From: Candidatus Methylomirabilota bacterium
Lineage (GTDB): Bacteria; Methylomirabilota; Methylomirabilia; Rokubacteriales; CSP1-6
DNA length: 64,000 nt
Reading direction: 5' to 3'
NCBI GenBank assembly: GCA_035457825.1
Contig: DATIAY010000005.1
Location: forward strand, 2,722-66,721
Part shown: positions 41,658 to 50,481 of the stretch, in pieces
Layout of the letters: each line of letters begins with the position of its first letter
How positions within the stretch are numbered: the first letter of the stretch is position 1
Notes under the pieces: generated by a model
What the model saw: the letters and a program-made list of their open reading frames with translations, nothing else
What the model was told of the DNA's origin: nothing
The model's database searches: none
Program-made: the position numbers and the translations under genes

Positions 41658-42410
41658 TCAGGCGGCCGAGATCGCCTCGAGAACCTCGTCGGGAATATCG
41701 TAGTTCGAGTAGACAGCTTGAACGTCGTCCAGCTCCTCGAGCGCCTCGATGAGCCGCAGGACCGCGGGGGCATCCTTGCCCTCCACCCGCACCGTGGATT
41801 GGGGCAGGAACATCACCTCCGCCCGCAGCACCGGCACGCGGTGCTGCTCCAGCGCCGCCCGGACCGCGTCCATTTCACCAGGGGCTGTCACGATCTCGAA
41901 AACTTTTTCCACGCGCTTCATGTCGGAGGCGCCGGCCTCCAGGGCTTGCGCGAGCAAGTCATCCTCGCTGATCCGCTCGGCATCGACCTGGATGATCCCC
42001 TTGCGCTCGAAGATCCAGCCCACCGCGCCGGCCGCTCCCATGCTGCCGCCGTTCTTCTCGAAGGTGTGCCGGATCTCGGGGGCCGTACGGTTCCGGTTGT
42101 CGGTCAGCACGCGCACCATGACGGCCACCCCCCCGGGGGCATACCCCTCGTAGCTGATCTCTTCGTAGGCCTCGCCGGGCACCTCGCCGGTGCCCTTCTG
42201 GATGGCGCGTTTGATGTTGTCGTGCGGCATGTTCGCCTCCTTGGCGGATTCCATGGCCGCCTTGAGGCGCATGTTCACTTTGGGGTCGCCGCCACCGTTG
42301 CGGGCGGCCACCGTGATTTCGCGCAGGATCTTCGAGAAGAGCTTGCCGCGCTGGACGTCCGTCTTGCCCTTCTTCCGCTTGATCTGCGACCAGCGTGAAT
42401 GCCCTGACAT
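41658..42410 (-). CDS. yebC: YebC/PmpR family DNA-binding transcriptional regulator
   Basis: MSGHSRWSQIKRKKGKTDVQRGKLFSKILREITVAAR.GGGDP..N.RL is canonical. Confidence 0.95.
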   Translation of the reverse strand: MSGHSRWSQIKRKKGKTDVQRGKLFSKILREITVAARNGGGDPKVNMRLKAAMESAKEANMPHDNIKRAIQKGTGEVPGEAYEEISYEGYAPGGVAVMVRVLTDNRNRTAPEIRHTFEKNGGSMGAAGAVGWIFERKGIIQVDAERISEDDLLAQALEAGASDMKRVEKVFEIVTAPGEMDAVRAALEQHRVPVLRAEVMFLPQSTVRVEGKDAPAVLRLIEALEELDDVQAVYSNYDIPDEVLEAISAA

Positions 42411-42414
42411 GGTC

Positions 42415-43506
42415 CTACCTTCTTTCCCCTGAGCTGTCGTTGACGATGGTCGCCTTCAGGCGCTTGACCCGCTGCAGCCGCTGCTCGCGCCGGACCAGCG
42501 CGGCCGCCCAGCGCCGCTGCTCGGCCGGGGTCTGGGGCGTGAACGGCGGACAGGGCCGCGGCCGCAGGTCGGGCCCGAGGTGCACGAAGGTCAGAAAGGC
42601 CGTACAGGCTTCCCGGACCTCACCGGTCCAGGGCTTCTCGGCCAGCACCGTGACGCCGATCTCGAGGGACGAGGTGCCGACGTGGTTGAGGCCAGCCTGG
42701 AAGGTCACGACCTCGTGCGCGTGGATCGGGGAGTAGAAGTCCATCGCGTCCACACACGCCGTCATGACCAGGCCGCGGCAGTACCGCATGGACAGAATCC
42801 CGCCGGCCTCGTCGAGCTGCCGCAGCAGTCGGCCCGCCGATATCGTGGTGCCGAACAAGACGTCTTCGGGCAGCACCGGCCGCACCGACTCGAATCGCCA
42901 GATTGTATCGGGGGCTGTTGGAGCGGGGGCCGTGCGAATTGTTGGAGCGAGGGCCGTATGCTCGGGTACGGTCGTGGGTGGCCTGCCCCAGGTGCTGGAT
43001 GGCTCCGACTCACCCGATCTCACGGTGTGTGTGGATTCCCGGTGGTGGGCGAAGCGGGCCAGCCGCACGTCGCGGCGCTGACGGGCCTGCTCCACGAGCC
43101 TGGCCTCGGCTTCATCGGCCGGCGCGATCTGGTCCGGGACGGGACGCGGACGACCGTCCTCCGCTACGCTCACGAAGACGAGGTGGGAGTTGAGCGTGAC
43201 GCTACGCTGCCGCGTGGCGACATTCTCGGCCCAGACCCGCACCCCGACCTCCAGCGAGCTCCGGCCGACGTGCTCGACCTGGGCGCGCAGGATCGCGATC
43301 TCGCCGACCCGCACCGGGTGGAGGAAGTCGATGTCATCCATCGCCCCGAGTACGACATGGCCTCGGGCCAGCCGGGCGGCCGCCAGGGTCCCGGCCTCGA
43401 CAATCCACTCCATCATCCGGCCGCCGTGGATCAAACCCGGCGCGCCGGCGTGCTCGGGGAAGACCCACTGGATCTTCTCGACAGTAGTCTGACTGATCGT
43501 CGGCAT
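42415..43506 (-). CDS. Acyl-CoA thioesterase with two hotdog domains
   Basis: In-frame part of ORF 42415..43722, with the start at MPTISQTTVEK (43506). It has two repeats of the ..GG.....D..........H..V.F..P...G...... hotdog pattern (IHGGRMMEWIVEAG.., and ISAGRLLRQLDEAG..), joined by a low-complexity linker. Confidence 0.8.
   Translation of the reverse strand: MPTISQTTVEKIQWVFPEHAGAPGLIHGGRMMEWIVEAGTLAAARLARGHVVLGAMDDIDFLHPVRVGEIAILRAQVEHVGRSSLEVGVRVWAENVATRQRSVTLNSHLVFVSVAEDGRPRPVPDQIAPADEAEARLVEQARQRRDVRLARFAHHRESTHTVRSGESEPSSTWGRPPTTVPEHTALAPTIRTAPAPTAPDTIWRFESVRPVLPEDVLFGTTISAGRLLRQLDEAGGILSMRYCRGLVMTACVDAMDFYSPIHAHEVVTFQAGLNHVGTSSLEIGVTVLAEKPWTGEVREACTAFLTFVHLGPDLRPRPCPPFTPQTPAEQRRWAAALVRREQRLQRVKRLKATIVNDSSGERR
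42916..42963. repeat. Tandem 24-bp duplication in the thioesterase interdomain linker
   Basis: TGTTGGAGCGGGGGCCGTGCGAAT followed by TGTTGGAGCGAGGGCCGTATGCTC. The first 18 nt match 17/18. On the minus strand it encodes TALAPT..TAPAPT. Confidence 0.6.
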
Positions 43507-43589
43507 CGTCGACACACGAGCCCCGCGATCGCGCACGCGGGAGCCTACCTCTTGTAACACACAGTACCGAGGGCCGCGAGCCCGGCGTG

Positions 43590-45179
43590 CTAGCGCCCGC
43601 CCGGGGGTGCGGGATCGAGGGGGCCGGCAGGCAAGCCTGCCTCCATCAAGACGGTGGAGAGACGAGGGAACCCGGTCGGGTGCAGCCGCAGTCCCCGCAC
43701 CTCGGGCCGCGCCACCGCCCACAGCAGCTTCACATAGAGGGGCAGCCAGGGCATCTCCTCCGCCAGCACGGCCTGGGCCCGCTGGTAGAGACGTTGCCTC
43801 TCGGGACGGAAGGCCAGTTGGCTCGCGCGGACGAGGACGTCGTCCAGTTGGGGGTTCCGGTAGAAGGACACGTTGAAGGTCGGCCGGCCTTTGACCGCCC
43901 CCTCGCTCGTGGAGAGCGGGTAGAGGAAGAGGTGAGGGTCGCCGGCGATCACGGTGGCTTCGGCCAGGGTCATGTCGTGATCCCCGGCCGCCCGGGCCGC
44001 CGCTGCGAGCTCGGGCGGCTCGATGCGCAGCTTCACGTCGATGTTCACGGCCTCCAGGCTCAGCTGCAGGGCCTCCGCGACGGCCTTGGTGTCGACGGCC
44101 CCCGCGTCGTCAGGTGCGAGCAGCGTCACGCTGGAGCCCGCCGGCCACCGGCCCTCCTTGAGGAGCCCAATCACCGTCTTCCGCGCGCCGCCGAGCACGG
44201 GGGACCCCTCCCGCCTCGCCCACACCCCCGGCGGGAGATAGGACTGCAGGGGCACCGCGCCGGATCCAAGCGCGGCACCGATCACGGCAGGGTCGATGGC
44301 AGCAGCGATAGCCTGCCTGATCTTCTTGCGGGACATCAGATCGCGTTCCGTCTGAAACGCCAGGTAGCCCACGCGGGGACCCGGGATGGACAGCGCTCCC
44401 TGGGTTCGGCGCGGGGGACCGGGAGGGAACCAAACATCCAGAGCCTGCGCGCTGAGCTCGGCCTCGGCGTGGTCATTGTCCTCAATGTCGAGGAACACCA
44501 ACCGCTCCGCGTGGGGTAGCCCCGCCCAGTGGTTGGGGAAGGCCTCGAGCACGACGCGGCCCCCTGAGAGATCGGTCAGGCGATAGGGCCCGGTCCCAAC
44601 CAGGCGCGCGTCGGCCCCCGCTCCCACCTGCCGGGCCACACCGAACCCGGGATGCGCCAGTACTGTCAAAAGCGGCGCGTAGGGCTGGGTGAGGATCACC
44701 TGCACCGTCCGCGCATCAACCGCGCGCACGGCTTTCACCACCCCCGGCGCACCGCGCAGGAGTGCCGACCACACGGCGGCCGCTGGCCGTGTTCCAATTT
44801 TCAATGGACGCTCGAGACTGGCGACGACATCGGCTGCGCTCAGTGCCTTTCCGTCATGGAAGCGCACGTTGTCACGCAGGATGAAAGTCCACACGAGACC
44901 CTCGCGGGACGAAATCCACCGCGTGGCGAGGGCGGGCTCGATGTCGGTGGAGGCCGGATTGTAGGCGACGAGCGTGTCGAAGATCTGTCGCTGGATCAGC
45001 GGGCCTGCGCCCTCTAATGCCATGCCGGGCTCGATCTCGGTAGGAACTCCAGAGATTCCGATCCGAATTTCCCGCCGCTCTTGCGCGAATTGGGCCCGAA
45101 GTGGGGAGTTGGATATCGTCAGGGCGATGAACGCCACGGCGAGCGCCGTGAACGCGAGGCGGTTGGGCATATACGCCAC
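43590..45179 (-). CDS. ABC transporter substrate-binding protein (family 5, peptide/nickel type), no cognate permease adjacent
   Basis: Signal or anchor MAYMPNRLAFTALAVAFIALTI. ..IFDTLVAYNP.....PALATRW.....G..W.F.LR..V.FHDG... is the SBP_bac_5 pattern. Confidence 0.85.
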   Translation of the reverse strand: MAYMPNRLAFTALAVAFIALTISNSPLRAQFAQERREIRIGISGVPTEIEPGMALEGAGPLIQRQIFDTLVAYNPASTDIEPALATRWISSREGLVWTFILRDNVRFHDGKALSAADVVASLERPLKIGTRPAAAVWSALLRGAPGVVKAVRAVDARTVQVILTQPYAPLLTVLAHPGFGVARQVGAGADARLVGTGPYRLTDLSGGRVVLEAFPNHWAGLPHAERLVFLDIEDNDHAEAELSAQALDVWFPPGPPRRTQGALSIPGPRVGYLAFQTERDLMSRKKIRQAIAAAIDPAVIGAALGSGAVPLQSYLPPGVWARREGSPVLGGARKTVIGLLKEGRWPAGSSVTLLAPDDAGAVDTKAVAEALQLSLEAVNIDVKLRIEPPELAAAARAAGDHDMTLAEATVIAGDPHLFLYPLSTSEGAVKGRPTFNVSFYRNPQLDDVLVRASQLAFRPERQRLYQRAQAVLAEEMPWLPLYVKLLWAVARPEVRGLRLHPTGFPRLSTVLMEAGLPAGPLDPAPPGGR

Positions 45180-45318
45180 TTATACGTGGAACCCTCGCGC
45201 GGCGCCAACGGTTTGACGAACAGACGGTCTCGGGCGCCAATCGGTACGGAATTTGCTGAGGCCCAGGTGTGAAGGCGCCGGCGAAACGGCAAAGTCGCGC
45301 CGTAAACGCCGCTGAACC

Positions 45319-45347
45319 TTGACTTTCCTGCGGGTAGTGGCCATACT
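45319..45347 (+). promoter_or_regulatory. Candidate sigma70-type promoter upstream of mpa
   Basis: TTGACT (45319-45324), a 17-nt spacer, then CATACT (45342-45347), about 65 nt upstream of the mpa start. Confidence 0.35.
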
Positions 45348-45410
45348 CCATCACGAGTTGGATGACCGTGCCATGCGGCTCACCAGCGATCGGAACAAGA
45401 GGGATAGGTG

Positions 45411-47225
45411 ATGAAGGAGTTCGACAAGAAGGGTAGCCCCGGTCGAGAAGGCTTCTCCAAGTTCCTTCCCGCCGCCATGTCGGATTCCGGCACGCGTCGT
45501 CGGCTCACCGAGTACGAGATCCAGGTGCAGGACCTGCAGGCCTACGTGCGCTCTCTCGAGGCAGAGACGGTGCATCTACGCAAGAAGCTCGAAGACACGC
45601 CCAAGGAGTTCATGGTCCTGGAGAACAAGCTCCGGGAGGCCAACCGGCAGCTCGTGCAGGCGTTCAATCAGAACGAGAAGCTGGTGAACGCGCTGTACGA
45701 GGCGCGCGAACAGATCACCGCGCTCAAGGAAGAGGTCGATAAGCTCTGCGCCCCGCCCTCCACCTATGGTGTCTACCTCTCGGTCAACGAGGACGGTACC
45801 GTCAACATCCTGGCCCAGGGCCGCAAGGTGAAGGTCAACCTGCACCCGGCCATCAAGGCCGAGACCCTCAAACCCGGCCAGGAGCTCATCCTCAACGAAG
45901 GCCTCAACGTCGTGGAGGTCGCCACCTACGAGATCCAGGGCGACGTGGTGATCCTCAAGGAGCAACTGGACCCCGAGCGGGCGGTGGTGACCCTGCGGGC
46001 TGACGAGGAGAAGGTCGGGATCATCGCCGATCCGCTGCGCGGCCTGCGCCTCAAGACCGGCGATCACATCCTCATGGACGCCAAGTCCGGCTATCTGCTG
46101 GAGCGGCTGCCCAAGAGCGAGGTGGAGGACCTGGCCCTGGAGGAAGTGCCCGACATCGGCTACGACGACATCGGCGGCCTCATCACCCAGATCGAGTCCA
46201 TCAAGGACGCCGTGGAGCTGCCCTACCTCTACGCCGACTACTACAAGGAGCACAAGCTCACCCCGCCCAAGGGCGTGCTCCTCTACGGGCCCCCCGGCTG
46301 TGGCAAGACTATGATCGCCAAGGCCGTGGCCAACAACCTGGCCGAGAAGATCTCCGAGAAGCGGGGCGAGAAGATCAAGGGCTACTTCCTGAACATCAAG
46401 GGGCCCGAGCTGCTCAACAAGTACGTGGGCGAGACCGAGCGCAAGATCCGGGAGATCTTCCAAAAGGCCAAGGAGAAGGCGGCCGACGACGTCCCCGTGG
46501 TGGTTTTCTTCGACGAAATGGACGCCCTGTTCCGGACCCGGGGCACCGGCATCTCCTCCGACGTGGAGACGACCATCGTGCCCCAACTGCTGGCCGAGAT
46601 CGACGGCGTGGAGGGGCTGCGCAACGTCATCGTGATCGGCGCGTCCAACCGCCAGGACCTCATCGACCCGGCCATCCTGCGCCCCGGCCGCCTGGACGTG
46701 AAGATCAAGATCGAGCGCCCCGACCGGGACGCCGCCGGCGACATCTTCGCCAAGTACCTGACCCGGGACCTGCCCATCGCCGAGAGCGAGATCCGGCGCC
46801 ACAACGACTCCCAGGGCGCCATCGACGCCATGATCGCGGTCACCGTGGAGAAGATGTACAGCCTCAGCGAGGAGAATCGGTTCCTGGAGGTCACCTACGC
46901 CAGCGGCGACAAGGAGGTTCTCTACTTCAAGGACTTCAGCTCCGGGGCCATGATCGAGTCGATCGTGCGCCGGGCCAAGAAGATGGCCCTCAAGCGGCAC
47001 ATCGCGGGCGGGGCCAAGGGCCTCATGGACGATGACCTGCTGGCGGCCGTGCGCGAGGAGTTCAAGGAGAACGAGGACCTGCCCAATACCACCAATCCCG
47101 ACGACTGGGCGAAGATCGCCGGTAAGAAGGGCGAGCGCATCGTCTACGTCAAGCCGCTGATGAACGAGACCAAGGACAAGCAGCGCAGCGTCGAACGGGT
47201 GGTCAACACCGGTCAGTATCTGTAA
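45411..47225 (+). CDS. mpa: Proteasome-associated AAA+ ATPase Mpa/ARC
   Basis: N-terminal coiled coil, OB region, Walker A GPPGCGKT, Walker B VVFFDEMD, and the C-terminal proteasome-docking motif ..NTGQYL*. The start is taken at ATG 45411 (SD GAGGGA); the track lists GTG 45408. Confidence 0.95.
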   Translation: MKEFDKKGSPGREGFSKFLPAAMSDSGTRRRLTEYEIQVQDLQAYVRSLEAETVHLRKKLEDTPKEFMVLENKLREANRQLVQAFNQNEKLVNALYEAREQITALKEEVDKLCAPPSTYGVYLSVNEDGTVNILAQGRKVKVNLHPAIKAETLKPGQELILNEGLNVVEVATYEIQGDVVILKEQLDPERAVVTLRADEEKVGIIADPLRGLRLKTGDHILMDAKSGYLLERLPKSEVEDLALEEVPDIGYDDIGGLITQIESIKDAVELPYLYADYYKEHKLTPPKGVLLYGPPGCGKTMIAKAVANNLAEKISEKRGEKIKGYFLNIKGPELLNKYVGETERKIREIFQKAKEKAADDVPVVVFFDEMDALFRTRGTGISSDVETTIVPQLLAEIDGVEGLRNVIVIGASNRQDLIDPAILRPGRLDVKIKIERPDRDAAGDIFAKYLTRDLPIAESEIRRHNDSQGAIDAMIAVTVEKMYSLSEENRFLEVTYASGDKEVLYFKDFSSGAMIESIVRRAKKMALKRHIAGGAKGLMDDDLLAAVREEFKENEDLPNTTNPDDWAKIAGKKGERIVYVKPLMNETKDKQRSVERVVNTGQYL

Positions 47226-47258
47226 CTGCGATGGGGGGGGGAAACCGCCCCTCCCATT

Positions 47259-47304
47259 CCCCCCCGGATCGCGCCAGACGCGACCACCGGGGGGTTTCGT
47301 TTTC
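47259..47304 (+). terminator. Rho-independent terminator-like structure between mpa and dop
   Basis: CCCCCCGG (47260-47267) pairs with CCGGGGGG (47287-47294). An inner TCGCG-CCAGA-CGCGA hairpin sits in the loop. The stem is followed by TTTCGTTTTC (47295-47304). Confidence 0.55.
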
Positions 47305-47329
47305 TGTGGCGGGCCAGAGTGAGGGATGA

Positions 47330-48829
47330 ATGGCGATCCCCAAGGTGATGGGCATCGAGACCGAGTACGGGATCACAGTCAAGAATCAGCCGGACTTCAA
47401 CCCGATCCTCAGCTCCCTGCTGTTGATCAATTCCTACGAGACCTACCGCTCCTCCCGCATCCGGTGGGACTATGAGGCGGAGAGTCCCCTCCGTGATGCC
47501 CGGGGCTTCGAGTACATGGAGGAGAAAGACGTCCCCTCCAAAGAGGAGTCGCGCCTCATCAACCTCATCCTCTCCAACGGCGCCCGCTTCTACGTCGACC
47601 ACGCGCACCCTGAGTACTCGAGCCCGGAGACCACCAACCCCCGCGATCTGGTGATCTGGGACCGGGCCGGCGAGCGGGTGCTGAACCTGGCCCGCCAGCG
47701 GGCGGAGGCGGTCTCGCCGCCCGAGCAGCGGATCCTCATCTACAAGAACAACACCGACTACAAGGGCAACTCCTACGGCACCCACGAGAACTACCTGATG
47801 GACCGCCGGGTGCCATTCGCCCGTATCGTCCAGCACATGATGCCCTTCTTCGTCACCCGGCAGATCTTCACCGGTGCCGGCAAGGTAGGGGCCGAGAACA
47901 ACGCCGACCCCTGCGACTACCAGATCTCCCAGCGGGCCGACTTCCTGGAGACCGAAGTGGGCCTGGAGACCATGCACTCCCGTCCCATCATCAACACGCG
48001 GGACGAGCCCCACGCCGACCCCGAGAAGTACCGGCGCCTGCATGTGATCGTGGGCGACGCCAACATGAGCGAGGTCACGAACTACCTGAAGGTCGGCACC
48101 ATGGCGATCGTGCTGAGCATGGTGGAGGATGATTTCATCGACCGGGATCTCTCGATCGACGGCCCGGTGGCCGCCTACCGGCAGGTGTCCCGGGATCTCG
48201 CCTGTCGCGAGACGATCCGCCTCAAGGACGGCCGCACTGTCACGGCTATCGACCTGCAGCGCGAGTTCCTGGCCCTGGCCCACCGTTACTACCGCGAGCA
48301 CGAGGCCGAGCCCTGGGTGCGCGACGTGCTGGCCCGCTGGGAGCATACTCTGGATCGGCTGGCCGAGGACCCCGCCGCGCTGGGGCGAGAGCTGGACTGG
48401 GTCATCAAGCGCCAGCTCATCGAGAACTACACCGCTCGTCACCGCCTGGACTGGTCGGACTCGCGGGTTCAGCTGCTGGATCTCCAGTACCACGACATTC
48501 GTCCCGGCAAGGGCCTCTACTACAAGCTGGAGGAGGCCGATGCCGTCGAACGGGTCGTCAGCGACGACGAGATCTCCAAGGCCATTTACGATCCGCCCAA
48601 GGATACCCGGGCCTACTTCCGCGGCATGTGCCTGCAGCGCTATGCGGAAGAGATCGTGTCGGCGAGCTGGGATTCCGTGATCTTCGACCTCAAGGAAGGC
48701 CCCCTCAAGAAGATCTTCATGCTGGAACCGCTACGGGGCACCGAAGCGCACGTGCGACAACTCCTCACGGAGTCGCCCACGGCCGGCGACCTCCTGCGCA
48801 ATATCTCCCGCCCCAGCGCAGGAGTATGA
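47330..48829 (+). CDS. dop: Pup deamidase/depupylase Dop
   Basis: MAIPKVMGIETEYGI.. is the carboxylate-amine ligase fold shared with PafA. It is longer than the PafA paralogue (499 vs 451 aa, consistent with the Dop-specific loop) and sits directly after mpa. Confidence 0.9.
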   Translation: MAIPKVMGIETEYGITVKNQPDFNPILSSLLLINSYETYRSSRIRWDYEAESPLRDARGFEYMEEKDVPSKEESRLINLILSNGARFYVDHAHPEYSSPETTNPRDLVIWDRAGERVLNLARQRAEAVSPPEQRILIYKNNTDYKGNSYGTHENYLMDRRVPFARIVQHMMPFFVTRQIFTGAGKVGAENNADPCDYQISQRADFLETEVGLETMHSRPIINTRDEPHADPEKYRRLHVIVGDANMSEVTNYLKVGTMAIVLSMVEDDFIDRDLSIDGPVAAYRQVSRDLACRETIRLKDGRTVTAIDLQREFLALAHRYYREHEAEPWVRDVLARWEHTLDRLAEDPAALGRELDWVIKRQLIENYTARHRLDWSDSRVQLLDLQYHDIRPGKGLYYKLEEADAVERVVSDDEISKAIYDPPKDTRAYFRGMCLQRYAEEIVSASWDSVIFDLKEGPLKKIFMLEPLRGTEAHVRQLLTESPTAGDLLRNISRPSAGV

Positions 48830-48954
48830 CAATCGAAGGGGCGACACACCGTCGCGCCCTATGGGGCGCGACGGCCCCCTCCGAGCCTCCCCCAGGACTT
48901 GCGCGGGCAAAGCCCACGCCCGACTCGCGGGCGAACGGGTAAAATAGGGGCGTT

Positions 48955-49764
48955 ATGGACGAGCCGCGCTGGGTCCGCACGTTCAACGACTACGCTGGCT
49001 CCAGCTTCGTCGACCTGTTACGTCGCGAGTCACCCCATGTGCTGGCGGCTCAGGGCCCGGCCGCCGAGCGGAGTCCGGACGTGCCCCACGGCACCACCGT
49101 CCTGGCGCTGAAGTATCGCGACGGGGTCATCATGTCCGGGGACCGTCAGGCGACGGCAGGGTTCCAGGTAGCCAGTCGTCGGATCGACAAGATCTTCAAG
49201 TGCGACGAGTATTCCGGCATCGGCATCGCGGGGGCGGCCGGCCCCGCGATGGAGATGGCCAAGCTGTTCCAGACGGAGCTCGAGCACTACGAGAAGGTCG
49301 AGGGCGACAACCTGTCGCTGGAAGGCAAGGCCAACAAGCTGGGACAGATGATCCGGATGAACTTGCCCGCCGCGCTGCAAGGCCTGGTCGTCGTCCCCAT
49401 CTTCGCCGGCTTCGATGAAAAGGGGGGCGCCGGGCGCCTGTTCAAGTACGACATCACCGGGGGCCGCTACGAGGAGATGAACTACGACGCCCAGGGGTCG
49501 GGGGCCAAGGATGCCCGCGACTCCCTCAAGAAGCTCTGGCGGAAAGACATGAGTCGCGAGGAGGCGCTGCGAGTGGCTCTGGAGGCTCTCGTCGACGCCG
49601 CCGACGAAGACGTAGGCACCGGGGGACCCGACCTCGTTCGCGGCATCTTCCCCACGGTGAAGATCATCACCCGCTCCGGCTTCACCGAGGTGACCGACGG
49701 GGAAATCCAGCGCGTCTGCGAGAGCATCCTGAAGGATCGCGCCCAGTCCGGGCAGGGAAACTAG
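48955..49764 (+). CDS. prcB: Proteasome subunit beta
   Basis: The propeptide ends ..VPHG|TTVLALKYRDGVIMSGDRQAT, with the catalytic Thr1 context. It overlaps or abuts prcA. Confidence 0.95.
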   Translation: MDEPRWVRTFNDYAGSSFVDLLRRESPHVLAAQGPAAERSPDVPHGTTVLALKYRDGVIMSGDRQATAGFQVASRRIDKIFKCDEYSGIGIAGAAGPAMEMAKLFQTELEHYEKVEGDNLSLEGKANKLGQMIRMNLPAALQGLVVVPIFAGFDEKGGAGRLFKYDITGGRYEEMNYDAQGSGAKDARDSLKKLWRKDMSREEALRVALEALVDAADEDVGTGGPDLVRGIFPTVKIITRSGFTEVTDGEIQRVCESILKDRAQSGQGN

Positions 49765-49765
49765 C

Positions 49766-50458
49766 ATGCCGCTGCCCTACTACGTCAGTCCCGAGCAGAT
49801 GATGAAGGACAAGGCGGAGTATGCGCGCAAGGGCATCGCTCGCGGGCGGTCCATCGTGGCCCTCGAGTACCGTGAGGGCATCCTGCTGGTCGCCGAGAAT
49901 CCCTCGACCCTGCTGCACAAGGTCTCTGAGATCTACGACCGCATCGCCTTCGCCGGAGTCGGCAAGTACAACGAGTTCGAGAATCTCCGGATCGCGGGAA
50001 TTCGCCACGCCGATATCAAGGGCTACTCCTACAGTCGCGGCGACGTCACCGCCAAGGCGCTGGCCAACGCCTACTCCCAGGCGCTGGGCAACATCTTCAC
50101 CCAGGACATCAAGCCGTTCGAGGTGGAGGTGCTGGTGGCGGAGGTGGGCGACGACAACGGTGGCCGGAACGAGGTCTACCACATCCTCTATGACGGCACC
50201 ATCGAGGACGAGCGCAGCTATGCCGCCATGGGGGGCCAGGCCGACGAGATCCGGCGCTTCCTCAAGGAAAACTACCGGGAGGGCCTGGACCTGGGCGAGG
50301 CCCTGAAGCTGGGCGTGCGAGCCCTCAACGTCACCCAGAACAAGACGCTGAGCGAGCGGGATCTAGAAATCGCGGTCCTGGATCGGACCAAGGCGCGCCG
50401 GAAGTTTCGGCGGATCCCTCCCGAGGCCATCGCTCAGCTGCTGGGCACGGTGCGCTAG
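49766..50458 (+). CDS. prcA: Proteasome subunit alpha
   Basis: [42 protein letters not shown] is a typical bacterial PrcA N-terminus. Confidence 0.95.
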   Translation: MPLPYYVSPEQMMKDKAEYARKGIARGRSIVALEYREGILLVAENPSTLLHKVSEIYDRIAFAGVGKYNEFENLRIAGIRHADIKGYSYSRGDVTAKALANAYSQALGNIFTQDIKPFEVEVLVAEVGDDNGGRNEVYHILYDGTIEDERSYAAMGGQADEIRRFLKENYREGLDLGEALKLGVRALNVTQNKTLSERDLEIAVLDRTKARRKFRRIPPEAIAQLLGTVR

Positions 50459-50481
50459 ACCATGTTAGGCTGAGGGGCACC

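Noticed and set aside
43590-45179. The orphan family-5 substrate-binding protein next to the proteasome cluster, considered as part of a novel system.
   Set aside because: Stand-alone SBP genes are common. It is on the opposite strand and separated by a promoter-containing spacer, so nothing links it functionally to mpa.
48861-48947. 28-codon ORF in the dop-prcB spacer, considered as a possible miniature Pup.
   Set aside because: The peptide MGRDGPLRASPRTCAGKAHARLAGERVK is basic. It lacks the acidic helix and the C-terminal GGQ/GGE required for pupylation. It also overlaps GC hairpins.
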